A stretch of DNA of 64,000 nucleotides. Source: Callorhinchus milii (Eukaryota). The stretch's first letter is position 1, and every line of letters starts with the position of its first letter. Of this stretch, positions 1 through 13,756 are shown piece after piece. The stretch is taken from the NCBI RefSeq assembly GCF_018977255.1, contig NW_024704743.1, positions 71,240,001-71,304,000 of the forward strand, written 5' to 3'. The translations under genes and the position numbers were made by a program. Under the pieces are notes generated by a model that searched no databases, had not been told where the DNA came from, and saw nothing but the letters and a program-made list of their open reading frames with translations.

Positions 1-595
1 ACGCTTTCATTACATCGAAGCTTGACTATGCAAACTTCTTGCTTGTTGGCCTCCCCAACTCCTCCCTCCATAGGCTGCAGATTATCCAGAACTCTGAAGT
101 CCATATCCTCTCCTGCACCAGGCTCTGTGATCCTATTACCCCCATCATCGCCCGACTCCACTGGCTTCCCATCACACAGAGGATACAGTTCAAGATGCTG
201 GTCCTCACCTTCAAAGCCCTCCAAGGTCTTGCTCTCCCCTACCTCTGCGACCTCCTACCAACGATTCTGGTCCCTCCGCTCAGCGGGCTTCGGCCTGCTT
301 CACATCCCCTGTCTCACCCGCCCTACCATTGGTGGGCGGGCCTTCTGCCACTCTGCCCCCACTCACTGGAACTCCATTCCATAGTCCCTCCACCTCGCCC
401 CCTCCCTTACCTCCTTCAAGACTCATCTCAAGACCCTCTTCTTTGACTGTGTTTTCGATCTCCCTGCTTCCACCCCTGCCCTTCACTCTCTCCGATCCCG
501 ACCCCCAGCTCGGGTCCGAAACTCTCTCTGTCCAGCACCTTGGGACGTCCTCCTGACATGAAAGGCGGTTTACAAATGTAATTTTGTTGTTGTTG
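1..595 (+). mobile_element. L2-clade LINE 3' fragment
   Basis: Translates to LDYAN.LLVGLP..SLHRLQIIQN..ITPIIARLHWLPITQRIQFK (L2 ORF2 C-terminus); ends in CTTGGGACGTCCTCCTGACATGAAAGGCG plus a (TTG)n tail. Confidence 0.92.
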
Positions 596-1995
596 TAACA
601 GTACTGTCTGGGCAGCCAAACTGAGAGTGGGATTCGAGGGGGTGGGGAGGAGAAAGATGACTGAAAGAGTTGTCTTAAGATAGGTCTTGAGAAGTAGGTC
701 TTGAGACGGACATTGAATCTGTTATCACATCAAAGAAATATTAGCATAGCTATGCAAAAAAAAATGCATTTGCATCCAGCGAGCCAGTACGTTTCTCGAA
801 TGGTGCACTTCTGCTTGTTCAAGCACATTAAATTGCAGAGAATACATCACATACCTGAATTCTACTGACGCACTGCTGCAGCAACAAGATTACCAATGTT
901 ATAGTCAGGTATGATACTTTTCCTATTAGTATTAGTGAAATTAAAATATTCTGTATAAAGTGAACCATATTAGTAAACTTTATTTGGCTTGATTTTATCC
1001 TCAGTTTATGTAATTGCTATGAATCTGCATTCTCGGTTCCTTTGAGACTGTTAGTGCAAAGTGGTTATTTTATATCTCAATCTAATTAGGTCCAACTCAT
1101 AATCATTAATCGTGTGTGACTAGATACACTGATAAAGATCAGCAGAATGCAACAAATGATAAAATAAAGTTAATGCACTGGTAAAATATGGCGTAACATT
1201 GGAGATGGAGTATTGCAGGCATGAGGTGTTTCTGTTTTTCTCTCTCCACCAATTTTCTCTCTTCCCCTCCTATACTGACACTTTTGTTCTTTCTACATTG
1301 ATGCCATTCTACTTCTGGTGCCTCAATCAAGGAGCCATGATTCATGTGCGAGCCTTGGCAGAGAGGTTCAGCAGCCTATTCATCTGTGGAGGGCTATCAC
1401 AGTTGGATCCTATTCATACAGAATATCCACATTCCCGGGCCTTCCATGGAGGTTGCTGGAGAGTGATCAAGACTTGGAAGGGCTTAGCTTGCTCTTTCTA
1501 AACCAAGTGCACTGAACATACTATCTTTGTAGCGTCCCCACTTCCTCCCAGCTCCAGCTACTATTCTGTCTGAGTTCAACTAACTCAGCAAGGATTGGGA
1601 GTCATCTGACATCCATCCAGCCTGTGTCCCAATACTGCACTGGGTGGCTCCATCACCAACACAGCCACCATAGGAGCAAAGATACTTTCTTCTGATCAGA
1701 AAGTTGTTGTGATGATAGAAGATACTAAAAAAGTGGAACTACTTTAGTTTCTCATTCTTGAAAATACTGAAGAATCAATACTCTAATCTTAAGTGAAGAG
1801 CTCTAGGATACAATTGTGTTAACTGGTGAGTTTATCTGATTGCAGCACTAAAGGGTACAAGTTGCTGCATCTATTGATCAGCTGGGAAAACACCTGGTGT
1901 GTGACAAATGTAGCAACCATAACATTACGCTGATATAATGTGATTTTAATCTGAGCTACCTTTGAACAACGTTTGATACATCAGAATATGTGGAC

Positions 1996-2001
1996 TTTAT
2001 T
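1996..2001 (-). terminator. Candidate polyA signal (AATAAA) of the ZPBP-like gene
   Basis: tttatt on the + strand about 250 nt past the stop codon. Confidence 0.4.
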
Positions 2002-2252
2002 TACTTGGTTATATTGTCCCTATTCGTAAAATTCAATTATTGTAGTTAAGCAATATAATAATATTTAAAATTAGTTTAATATGGTACTAATTCCTTATCT
2101 TACGAAATTAAATAACATTGTTTCAGTATTATCTCTGCAAACAGAACACTCAAAAGGGTGAGACACAGCAAATATTGTAATTTACAAACTGATTAATGAT
2201 GCGGTAAATTCACATCTACAATAGATATTTTGTCCCAAATATGCGACCTCGA

Positions 2253-2628
2253 CTACCTTCCATGCTTGAGGATAGCTGCTAGATTTTGCGGAGTTGAACT
2301 TCTTGACGAGTGCGGTGATCTGCTTCCCTCTGAGCTGGTCTCATGTTCAGTGTGGAACATTGTATCGCCAGACAGTGGTGAGCCAGCAGTTATACATGTT
2401 TCAGTTTCAGTGTCAGTAAGACCAAGGCACTGGTCATCTGAGAATCCCACCCTGTGTTTTGGGTTATGCCTAATAAAATGCTTAGACGGTTTTAACTTGC
2501 TTTTCTGCTCCAGTAAGTCAACATTTTTAATAATGTTTGCAAGTCTGTGATCCTGTTCTTTTGGCTCAGATTCTGCTACCTGGATGTATTTTTCCTTTCT
2601 AGATTTTTTGCGATACCTCCGACATATT
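2253..2628 (-). CDS. ZPBP-like exon 10 (cytoplasmic tail to stop)
   Basis: ttacag|; ICRRYRKKSRKEKYIQVAESEPKEQDHRLANIIKNVDLLEQKSKLKPSKHFIRHNPKHRVGFSDDQCLGLTDTETETC...SSEGSRSPHSSRSSTPQNLAAILKHGR*; basic stop-transfer cluster after the TM. Confidence 0.85.
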
Positions 2629-3254
2629 CTGTAAAATAAGATAAAATATAATATTCATATTTGCAATGATTCGTGATACTGAGGTAGTAAAATTATATTG
2701 ATATTAATTTATTTATGCTATAATCCTGATATTTATTTTAAAATAACTATAGGAACAGTTATCAGGATTTGTAAATGTATATTATAGACCATGGTCTTAT
2801 GAGCAAAGTGAATGCAGCCTGAAGCTTTTCCAGCGCATGTAAGTCAAAGTCCCCAACCTGAATGAGTAAACATTTAGGGCAAATAAAGGTAAACCAATCT
2901 GCAGTATTATTCTATTTAGATTGGTGCCTAATATTCTTCAAAAGTATATTTTGGTATATATTTAGTAAGATGTTAGGGAGCAGAGTAGTGCACTGTGTTG
3001 AAGCACCAGCATGTAGCACCCAGGATTAGGATGGGGGAATCATTGGCTGGATACAGTTCTCAACACAGAGTTATCAAACTCAGCCATGTGGTTGTGGGGA
3101 TGTGAAGAATGGAGGACAGATATCATCCCACAAAGAATCGGAGGAACAGTGACTCAAGGCTGCTCTTGTGAAGTTCCTTGCCAACAGTTTCAGTACTGCA
3201 TTGGTACTGCAATAAAAACGTACTATAGCAATAATAGCGATTAATAATACTTAC

Positions 3255-3327
3255 GCCCAAAGAATCAAGAGTAAAATACAAGTTCCTGCTGAAGATGCTA
3301 CAGGTAATATCCAAGGGTATATAATCC
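3255..3327 (-). CDS. ZPBP-like exon 9 (73 nt; transmembrane helix)
   Basis: WIIYPWILPVASSAGTCILLLILWA; tcctag| ... |GTAAGT; phase 1->2. Confidence 0.85.
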
Positions 3328-5189
3328 CTAGGAGTCAGAGAGAAGGTTTGGGTGAAACAATCAAAATATTAAATCAAAACATGAATTTCCAAAGAATGCA
3401 AAACAGAAAATGCGAATCTCTGATTATCTAATTTGAAAAAACTGCAACATTCAGTACAAATTATTTGATCGTATCTCAAGATTTCAGTGTGTAGAAACTT
3501 TCAAAATTATTTGACACATCAACATATTTTCAGCCTCAAATGATTGCTGTCCATTTGTGCTGTTGGGATGTTGTATGAGTGTTTGTGTGAGAACTGGATC
3601 AGGATTGACTGTGATATTCCCAACATTAATTAGCTTGCCACCAGTCAGTGTTCAGACAAACGCATGAAAGATGACAACGTGGGTAAGGTATCAGAGTAGG
3701 TTGTTAGTATAAATCACCAGGGTTTTATCTTCTGCTTGCCAGCAAACATAACTTTTGGCGACTTTTTTTGTGCACATGCGTTATAGGATTACCTCTTTAA
3801 AACACACACCACCAAAGATCACTACATTACCAACAAGTAGAGATTAATAACCAGTAAATTTATTGACAAACACGACTAACCCCATTTAAAAAACATTAGG
3901 CTGGTATCCTGAGAATAAGCAGCTTCAGGCCCGACCACTGTGACAGAGTCGGGGGGAGGGGGAAAGGTGCCCACAACAGAGGCTGGTTATCGACTAGGCT
4001 CACTACTGTATTTATCAATGGTATGATATGGTATTCATGGTGATTACTAACACATCGCAGGATACAATTCTTAAGTATGATTAAGGATAAAGAACAGCAC
4101 AATTCTATAGGAATAGTCAAGATAGGAAAGAGAGGGAAGTATCTGAGTGTTTGCTCAACAGTTACCTTGAATCCTGTGAATACAAAATAAGTCCCTTCTA
4201 ATTTGAAGGGACATAGTCTGAATCAATTATTGATCCAGGAACTATTTCATGCAAAGCTTATTTTGCGCCCTCAAGGATTTAAATCAAACAAAAGTAAATG
4301 TTATTTGTCGGAAGATTCATCAGTTACAATTTCCTGAATTTTGTTCTCAATGGGATGAAGGTGATGGTTAGTGGGACAATTGCTTCAAAGTATTTTGATT
4401 ATTCAAGATGTTTCTGTGCTCACCAAGGTGAAATGTTCTATTAAATATGCAATTACTTCCATGCAAGTGTACCCAAATGAAATTATTAATGGAGCGCAAA
4501 TATCACATAAGGGAATATGTTTCAATCATAATAAAATGTATTCACCATGCATTTTCCATCTCTCTTCCAAAACACATTAGCTGCTGTTGGGATATATGTC
4601 TTCAGGATTACTGCTTGATTTCTGGTACCTCACCCGTGACCATTCTTCTAGTGTGAGTCTAAGCACTAAGGGTATTTGATTTAACTGTGGGATATGGCAG
4701 CTGAGCATAATTTTGTATTGACCTGTGTATTGACTTGTGCATTTACCAGCCAAGGTCACCAGACAGTAATTTGGCTAAGGACTGCACTCTCTGGCCTTGA
4801 TACGCTGAGGACAATTGCACCTTAATTAAGATTAGTTAACTAAGTATTGAAAGGGGTTCAAAAGTAAAACTGCTCAGTACCATTCCTAGCCATGCACTTA
4901 TCCACCCAGTCACTGAGGGGAGCTTGTCAATTTTATTTACAAAAAGATTCTATTGATAATCAAATTTTTAAAAGTTCTTCAACGGTGTTCAATATTGCCA
5001 TTGTTTCTGGGAAAATATTAACCATGCTGTAGTTTCCTCTGCCTTTGCTGCCTCCTGCTGTAGGAGGAGATAACAGCACCACATTAGAAATTGTAATTGA
5101 TTGACCAGACAAGTGTTTACTGGGAGTCAAAGGTGCAAAATCCTGCTTACTGTCGTCTCCTTTTCAGCTGTTATGCAGATAAAAGTCTT

Positions 5190-5540
5190 GCTCCTCCACA
5201 TCTCTGTGACCTGCTAACTCCATATCGACCTGTCCGCTCCCTTGGTTCAGCGGGCCCCAGCCTGTTCCATGTCTCCTGTCTGATCCCCTCCACCATCGGT
5301 GGTCAGGCCTTCAGCCTCTCTGCCCCCACCCTTTGAAACTCCATCCCACAGTCCGTTCACCTTGTTCCCTCCCTTGTCTCCTTCAAGGCACGTCTCAAGA
5401 CCCTCCTCATCAACGGCGCCTTCGGCCACCCTCCTCCCCCTACCCTTCCTGCCCTCCACCCCTCCTGATCCCAACACCTGCTCGGATCCAAAACCCTGAC
5501 TGTCCAGCACCTTGGAATGTCCTCCTGATGTTATTGTTCC
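5190..5540 (+). mobile_element. L2 LINE 3' fragment
   Basis: LCDLLTPYRPVRSL..TIGGQAFS; same 3' UTR as the other copies. Confidence 0.85.
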
Positions 5541-6098
5541 AAAAATTATCCAATTTCAGAAATATACTAGAGGATGCTGTAAGAACCAGTTCGGTTTTAT
5601 TAACATATTCTATTAGTTTCAATAGAATATATCTTCCACCATGCTTATGGTTACCTCCCCCCAGCTCAGCATCAGGCTCCGCCACTGTTAAGGGCTCCAA
5701 AACACTACCCGTGGGAAGAGGCATTATATAAATGCAAGTTGTTATTAGATTTAAGCAGTTTAAAGCCCATTCCACAAGGTCATTTTACTTGATTGCATAA
5801 GTGGTCACGATCACTTTTTGGAGAGATTATCCAATAGCTCAGTGCGTTTATCCTTCAGTAGTTGAGCAATACAGGGGCAGTGTCATAACTTATATTTGAA
5901 TGTTGGATAGTGGTTAAGATATTTAACCCCAGGAGAAAAAAAATGAGGAAAGGAGGAAAGATTGATGGAGGAGATTTGCGAGGGTAAACGTTCATCTACT
6001 TATTCTAAATTAGATAAAGATTATTCCCAAATAGCATATTGAATCATAGGAACAGCTTCGGGGATGGATTGGGGAAAAAAAAAGTAAAACATACTTAC

Positions 6099-6260
6099 AG
6101 TGGCATTCCTCTTCAGATGTTGCTCCACTTCTATTAGTAGCTTCATTACGAGGGCAGTTTTTACATTCGGTCCGTCCATAATTCTTATTAAATGAACCAA
6201 AAGCACATGGAGTACAAATGGTGTCCTGTCTTGCACTGTAGTGTCCAGGTGGACATGCCA
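6099..6260 (-). CDS. ZPBP-like exon 8 (162 nt; ephrin-receptor-like/GCC2-GCC3 Cys-rich repeat)
   Basis: VACPPGHYSARQDTICTPCAFGSFNKNYGRTECKNCPRNEATNRSGATSEEECH; |GTAAGT. Confidence 0.93.
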
Positions 6261-8216
6261 CTTTTAACAAGAACAAGACAATCAAAAAGTACAGATACAC
6301 TAAAATGCAAATGTTACAAAACTATAGCTAACAACTGTTCCCAAAAGCTGCTGAAATAACCAGTAGATGCACAGGCACCTACGTTAAATAGAATATTATA
6401 TCACATTTTACATACAATGTACTTTGACATATCAATGACAAATGACAAATGTCTCTGAAAGAAAATAGCAATAGACTGTTGAACTACCCATTGAATATTG
6501 GGAAATGCAGTCAGACAGTTACTATACTGTACTTGTATTTTTTCTATCACATTAGACTGAATAGACTGAGTATGATTGATTAATGGGTAATAAATTAATG
6601 GCTAAAAAGCATTTCTAAAATATACTTGCATCTGATAAGAGTTTTATCACACTGAAATGTCAAGCTTCATACGATAGGAATCTATTCTGCTATCTAATGC
6701 TCACTGCAGTGTAACAGTGTAAACGGGATATTAAGCAAATATTCATGGTAGCTCAGCCTCCTGGAGCAGGCTTGACTGCCTCAAGAGTTAGGAAGGAAAT
6801 TTCCAGGTACTTTTTAGAGGTGTTAAAAATTATGAAAGGTTCTGATAAGGTGGTCATTAATAGGCTATTTTCACTTGTTGAGTGAGTGGACATTAAATGT
6901 AAGTGGTAGTAGATCCAAAAGAGTTTAGGAGAAACTTCTTTAAGTAGAAGATGAGAAGCTGGAAGCTGTGATTGAAACAAAAACATCAATGTATTTAAGA
7001 GGAAACATGGTGCATACATGACAGAAAGAGAATAAAGGGGTATAGGAGAGGGAATTAGGACGGGTCAAGGCTTGTGTGAAATATAAACACTAATACAGAC
7101 TAGTTGGGCTGAGTGGCCTGTTTCCATAGAGTATAAGTATGTAAGTCTAAAATTCCTTTGCATGAACTGCTCTTGGAGGGCATGATTGAAATCACTATTC
7201 TCATGTGCAGATTCAAATCCCATCTCTACAATTCAGGGTGTTAGAGCTTTTTTTTTAGCATGGCATTGTGAAGGATTGTTGCCCTCAAAGAAGATTAATG
7301 AGTAACACTGATCTAGAATAACAATTGAAAATATAGTTTGCTTACATAACAACTACTGCGCTTCTAAGTAACTGAGCAAGTGAAGAGCTTGAGACTTTTT
7401 TTGGTCACTTTGAGACATTTGGACATGATACGGCATTTTATTAAATGCAAGTTTGTTATCTTTCAGCTCGAAATGTTAAAATAACATCAAATTATATTTG
7501 TCTTTAGTCCCATAATCTATTAATTCATCAGTAAGTATGAGGTGGGATGTTTGTATAAATACCAGGAGATTTAGTTTAAACTAGCTGCTCAGTTTTTCTT
7601 GTACACTTGGAAGAGGTTCATAGAATCTTACAGCACAAGAGGAGCACACCATTTGGGCCCGTTGTGCCTGTGCCAGCTCTTGAAAAAAGCTATCCAGTTG
7701 GTTCCACCCCACGCTCTTTCCCCACAACCTTGCAATTTTTTTCTTATTAAGTATATATCCAATTCCCTTTTGAAAGTTATTATTGAATCTGCTTCCACCA
7801 CGCTTTCAGGCAGTGCACTCCAGATCGTAACAACTTGCTGCGTAAAAATCTCGGGTTGTAGCTGATGTATTTGAACTGGAACCTCTCATAGGGATTTTTG
7901 ATCAGCAACCCTTTGTATGGATTCCAGATGCTGAGCTTTGCGCTGATCTTTGCTACAATATCTACTTCAGTAAAATGCTCAATAGATAATCTGTAAAAAG
8001 GCTGTTTCCACTTAAGCACAAACAAAAAAATGGAATTAACTATAATGCCCATCAAGATAAAGCTACAGAACAAGTATGGTGCTGAGTGGGATCCGAGATG
8101 AGATCTGAGATCACAGGCAGGAATTCAACACAATTTTATACACGGGTAGGTTGGTAGATTCTGTTGAATAGAAGTCTGAAATGACTTGTTAAGCCATTTA
8201 GTGAAGTAATACTTAC

Positions 8217-8379
8217 CACAACATCCTACACATTGAACATCATTTATTATATTTTTGCCAAAGCCTGGTTTGCAGTGATCCACTTTCACACCATTCAGAG
8301 AGTTAGCGATGTATTGAATATCTGGGAACATTGTATTAAAGGGATAGTCCTCAACAAAAGACTTAATTCGTGTGTATGC
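8217..8379 (-). CDS. ZPBP-like exon 7 (163 nt)
   Basis: AYTRIKSFVEDYPFNTMFPDIQYIANSLNGVKVDHCKPGFGKNIINDVQCVGCC; taacag| ... |GTAAGT. Confidence 0.93.
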
Positions 8380-9368
8380 CTGTTAAAGAACAAATGTAAA
8401 TCTCTGTGATATTTATATCATGCATTGAATTATCCAGTTCATGATACCCATAAGACAAGATTTTCTGGTGATGTCACATTGTCTGGCATGTCAAACATTG
8501 TTAGTAAAACCATTACTGTATCCCAATTGTAAATCTGCTACTTTTTATTTAAAATTGATTTTCAAAATCTAGTTTAATATTATTATTTCCATTTATGCCT
8601 ATGGCATAAACAGAAAATAGGTTTGGTGCCTCTTGGATATGGTGCTGAAGGTAAGGTAAGTATCACAAAGTAGTTCAATTATTTATCACATTGCCAACTA
8701 ATGCATTTTATTTATACTGTATCTTAAAAAGGGACTTAAACATTGTCAGAAATTTAAATTCTGCAGATTATTTGAGGTTAGAAGGTGAAGTGGTGTAACT
8801 TTCCTTTGATGTCCCAAACCTGCTGTATGTGCAAAATCGTCCATGGAGGCAGTGGATCTGCTTCCTGCAAATACCTCAAATGTACTGTATTATACCATAA
8901 AAAATATTTTATATACAAGGAATATACTATGCAAGTGAAAAACATAGGTCACTCACCTTTAGTTATGGTTGTCATCATTCCTCAAATTAAAATTAGAGGC
9001 TATAGAGCATGGGTTAGGTAAAATAGGTAACCAAGAAAATCAGAAGGAAGTATGTCCTTTTGAGATTTCAAGCCAGAAGTCAGATAATGTGATCTTTCCT
9101 TAATGCATCTATAAGACTTTCCCTTGATTCACCATCTTCAGTTCCTGCTGACCACATCAGGCATCTAACACAAGGTTCTGTGAAGAGATCCACAGACATG
9201 CTCCCTTAGAAACCCTTGCCTATAATGCTGGAATAAATCCTCAGCACAGATTGTAAAATATTTTTACCAAATCTATCGAAATTTATCTTACATAAATAAT
9301 AAAATCTTCAAACAAAGGATTTCAAATATTATAAACATTTGCATTTGCCTATAGGTAAATTACGCTTG

Positions 9369-9722
9369 TAATAATAATCCTTGCATTTGATACAGCGCTT
9401 ATCATGTCTCCGAGACGTGCTTCACAGAATATACTGTAAATTGAATTGACTGTATATTTGGTGGGCGAAACACGGCAGCCAGTTGTGCACAGCAGTGTCC
9501 CACAAACAGTCGTGGATTGAAGTGACCACATTTTTTTTAAGGGATTATACCCCCAGAAAAGTGATCCGCCAATCGACTAAAACCTGGTTCCTACTTACTG
9601 CTAGCGAAACAGAGGCGTGTGGAGTAAGGAAACTTGCCTAAGGTTTCGCCCTGTCTGGGAATCGAACCCAGGTCCTCTTGCTTGCTAGGCTAGTGCTCTA
9701 ACTACTAAGCTACAAGTCTCCA
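9369..9722 (-). mobile_element. tRNA-headed SINE (long subfamily)
   Basis: Head GGAGACTTGTAGCTTAGTAGTTAGAGCAC..GGTTCGATTCC; Deu-like core TTTGTGGGACACTGCTGTG; tail CAAATGCAAGGATTATTATTA. Confidence 0.85.
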
Positions 9723-10207
9723 CATATAGCCATTAACCCTTAAAACCCACATGAACATTGTGAATCCCCATAGGATGGAACATGACAACAACAACTTGCA
9801 TTTATAAAGCGCTCTTCACGCGGGGCAGAGTCTCGGTGTGCTTAACAGCTGAGAAGCCTGATGCCGAGCCAGGGGGAGGGAGGAGGTGATCATAAGCACG
9901 GTCGAAGAGGAAGTCTTCAGTCATGATCTAAAAGAAGGGAAGGAGAGGGCAAGGCGGAGGGATCGTGGCAGAGAATTTCAAAGCTCGGGATAGTGGCTGA
10001 AAGTGCGGCCGCCGATGATGGAGCGGAGGGACAAGGGACGAGACGATGAAAGTAAGAATGTGAAGTTTGACCTTCGTAAAATGCCAACAAATGTAAATGA
10101 AAAGCGTGTAGTCTATCCTTCTTCAGCCTCTGAATACTTTTTATACATTCCAGAACTCCATTCGGGAATTAAGAGCTCAAAATCACAGGCATCATTAAGA
10201 TGTATTT

Positions 10208-10572
10208 ATAAATAATACTTGCATTTGATATAGCGCCTTACTATGTCTTCGAGACGTTTCATAGCGTTTCACTGTAAAGTGAATTGATTGTATATTTTAT
10301 GGGTGAAACGCGGCAGGCATTTACATACAGCAGTGTCCCACAAACAGTTGTGGATTAAGTGACCAATCTATCATTATAATTTTTTTTGAGGGAATTATTA
10401 CCCCCAGAAAAGTGATCCGCCAATCAACTAACAACCGGGTTCCTACTTACTGCTAAGTAGACTGAAGCATGTGGAGTAGGAAAACCTGCCTAAGGTTTAG
10501 CCCTGCCAGGAATCAAACCTAGGTCCTCTCGCTTGCGAGGCCAGTCCTCTAACCACTAAGCTATACGCCTCT
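10208..10572 (-). mobile_element. tRNA-headed SINE (long subfamily)
   Basis: Collinear with 9369-9722 and 48219-48577. Confidence 0.85.
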
Positions 10573-11879
10573 AACTACTTAGAACACCCCATCTGAACCC
10601 CACTGAAAAACTCTGAATGTCGATATCTTGCTTAGCAGGAATCATTTTCAAACATAGAAAATGGTCTTCGTGAGTTTATCCATGGGACACTGCAACCATG
10701 GAACAAGTTGATCCCATAACTTGGTTGGTGGGACATAACTGATGGTTGAAAGGTGTTGCTGGCCAGTTAAATGGTAGTCTCAATCAACTTTGGGTGCAAC
10801 CATTTGAACAAAGTCAGAGGTGCTTGACTCCCCGCCACATTTATTGATTGCGACATCTCTACGAATGCAATGTCCCATTTTGCACTCCAAGCAGGAGGTA
10901 TCATAAATCAATTACTGAATTCACTCAGAAATGTTAAAAGCTTTCTGCAAAACAACATTATGTAGTCATTTTATCATTGTATAAGACTTTTGTCACGAGG
11001 TTCAATGGTTTTTTCTCTTACCATTGATCCTGATGGCAAGAGAAAAAGAACAGAAGTTGATGCAGCAAAGGAGCAGCCATATAGACACAGTAAGAGAAGA
11101 TCACATGGTTCCAGCCAGAAGATAGATGTCCCTCTGATTTTCATCGTATTGCCTCCTTACTTTATATAATGATGAATGGAGTGTAACTGAATTAAAAAAA
11201 GGTAAGTTTCATTATTTAGTTGTAGATTTTAATTTCAAACCTGTTCATGGTCCTTTATATGTATCTGCTGGTTTGTTTATTGATAAATCCAACCCATATA
11301 TGGATGCTTGCACATAGAACCTGGAGAAACTTGACCACCAAGGTCTTTTACCATTCCAGAGCACTGAGCGAAATACCTTCACCATTAGGATTATATGTAC
11401 AGTGCATATGGTTCAGTACAAACAGACAATGGAGTTGAAAAGCTCTTCTGGAGAAAAGTAATGTTGCTGTCTTCACTGCCCCTTAAAACACCTTGAGACT
11501 CCAGTAAAGTGGATCTAAAGCATGGACCATGTATGTCACACCAACCCACGAAAATCAAATAGATAACGTGAGTTAATAATAATAATAGTTGCATTTGATA
11601 TAATGCCTTATCAAGTCGTTAAGACGTCTCAAAATTCTTCACAGCATATATTATAAAGTTCATTGAGATAAATTAGATACATTTGAACCTTGGGTCTTGT
11701 GAGTCAGCTTAGTATACAGGGACTTCCCTGCTAGTCTTTACACATCAAGGCACTTCTTTCCATTGTTGACAAGCAAGTAACACTGTCATTTTTCTGCCCT
11801 TCTACATCCCCAAAATGCTGGAATTCTTCACCCTGTGCGTGTTGCGTACCCACTTTCTTTCACTCCATGGGACACTGCA

Positions 11880-12145
11880 ATGGAACTCTGGAACTCTGGA
11901 ACTCCATCCCACTCTGGAACTCCATCCCACGGTCCCTTCGCCTCGCTTCCTCCCTTGCCTCCTTCAAGGCTGGTCTCAAGACCCTTCTCTTCGATCGTGC
12001 CTTTGGTCGCCCTCCCACCTATCTGCCTTCCCTCACCCCTAAACCACCCCTCCCCATGCGCAGGCCCCAACACCTGACTGTTCAGCGCTTTGGGACGTCC
12101 TCCCGACGTGAAAGGCGCTCTATAAATATAATTTTGTTGTTGTTG
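11880..12145 (+). mobile_element. L2 LINE 3' end
   Basis: LWNSIPRSLRLASSLASFKAGLKTLLF; terminal GGGACGTCCTCCCGACGTGAAAGGCGC plus (TTG)n. Confidence 0.88.
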
Positions 12146-12428
12146 TTTCCTTTTCCTCACAAACATCAGATTATTCTTACACCTTTAAAGGTGATCCAAC
12201 TTATGTACATATAACTGATATTCATTACCTCATGAGCACAATTTAAATTTAATTAAACAAAAAAATACAATAATACATTTTACATTTTTAATACCTTAGT
12301 ATTTGATAACATATTTAGTGTGCAGCAGATTGCTCTGGTAGATTATGCTAATTCTGGTGATAATGTGCATTCATGATCCAAATCCCCCAGCTAATTATCT
12401 GACATAAAGAAGGAATGGAAAAGATTAC

Positions 12429-12508
12429 CTTTTTGACACGGTTATCAGACTGTTGTTCACATTGTGTATTATTACACTTATCTGCCCAGCCAAGTGCAAA
12501 TGGAAACA
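12429..12508 (-). CDS. ZPBP-like exon 6 (80 nt)
   Basis: VFPFALGWADKCNNTQCEQQSDNRVKK; ttacag| ... |GTAATC; phase 1->0 as required. Confidence 0.9.
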
Positions 12509-13156
12509 CTGTAAAAGGAAAGACAACTTTTGTGTTTTTTTAAGATTTGGGGATCACAGTTTTTGCTTTGGTCTTAATTATTGAGATTCAAATAAAGAGG
12601 CAGCAAGCAATGCAGTCAACTCAAATAGCAATCTTTGACCTTAAGCTACATTTAGTACAAGGGCAGAAAGAGAGAACATGTAAGACATTTGAGACAATAC
12701 TATCTTTTTGTAGAAATTAAATCCAGACTGTAAACAAGGAGGATGGAAGAACCTCAATGTCACAAATTTGGTTCAGATGAAGAAGACCTTTTTATCTCAT
12801 CCTTGCTGCATTCCTACTCTACAATGAGTCAGTCCAGTGACTTGGCCTCAATCACCCTTTCTGAAGCCATGAGCAACAATTAGAGAAGATAGAGACAGGA
12901 TAGTGAACTCTTTCAAAAAAGCAGCTTTATGTTGTTACAGGAGGATGGTAAGGGAGGGTGTTCTGGAGGGATGAGATCAGATGGGCTGAAGGGCTTTCTT
13001 CATCCAAACCAATCTTGTGAGTTGGTCTCAACCATTAATTACCCATTTTGAAACCAGACCGGGGTGATGGGGTGCTATCCTTCTTTATATGTATGTGTTG
13101 TCAGCAAAAAAAAATGCACTTCAGTCCCCAATCTCACTAAGAAAATTGGGGACTCA

Positions 13157-13756
13157 CAGTGGAAGCTGATTAAGATGGACATGTCGGGGCCAGCCAGTTT
13201 GTTCAGTTTAAGCAGCATCCGAGTTTAACCGAAGTTTCGTTAACTTTTGCCACCCAGCAGAGGAGCGGCAGCGCATCCTCTCTCCCATTGCCGTTCTCAT
13301 TGGACAGAGAGGGGAGCAATTAGCGGTGGCTCCGAGGTGATTGACAGCCTTAGAGCCGCTTGTTAATGTTTAGGCTCCAGCCGTTCACAAGCGGCTCCAG
13401 CTGTCAATCAACAGTGATTTGACTCCTCCCATTCCCTTGCCTGTTTTTTCCCTGTTCCTCCACCCTCTCACTGATTGACAGCCCAAAGCCGCTTGTGCAT
13501 GGTGGAGTCCGCTGTCAATCAATCACAATTTGACTCCTCCCATCTCCATGCTGGAGCTGCTCGACACAAGGAATATGTGAGTCAGTTGACGCAGCGATGA
13601 CCAGTGCGGCATTTTGTCCAGATTAACCGGGTTGTTATATGACTTAACTGTCATATTTAAAACAGGTAAGAAGAGAAATGAATTGGGGCTGGGCATTTTG
13701 TCCAATTTACCCGGCGTCCGTGGTTAACTGGCGTCCAGTTAAAGTGGCTTTCTCTG
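13157..13756. mobile_element. Non-autonomous pogo/Tigger-like DNA transposon (MITE), ~600 bp
   Basis: Imperfect TIRs CAGTGGAAGCTGATTAAGATGGAC / reverse complement CAGAGAAAGCCACTTTAACTGGAC; followed by TA; internal direct and inverted repeats. Confidence 0.6.

Noticed and set aside
2230..2550. Plus-strand 106-aa ORF
   Set aside because: Antisense shadow of the ZPBP-like last exon, with a TTG start
10661..10850. Plus-strand stretch reading EQVDPITWLVGHN*..QLWVQPFEQ, reminiscent of the ZPBP Ig domain
   Set aside because: It has stops and a frameshift, and a rough by-hand score against the remembered ZPBP2 sequence is at chance level
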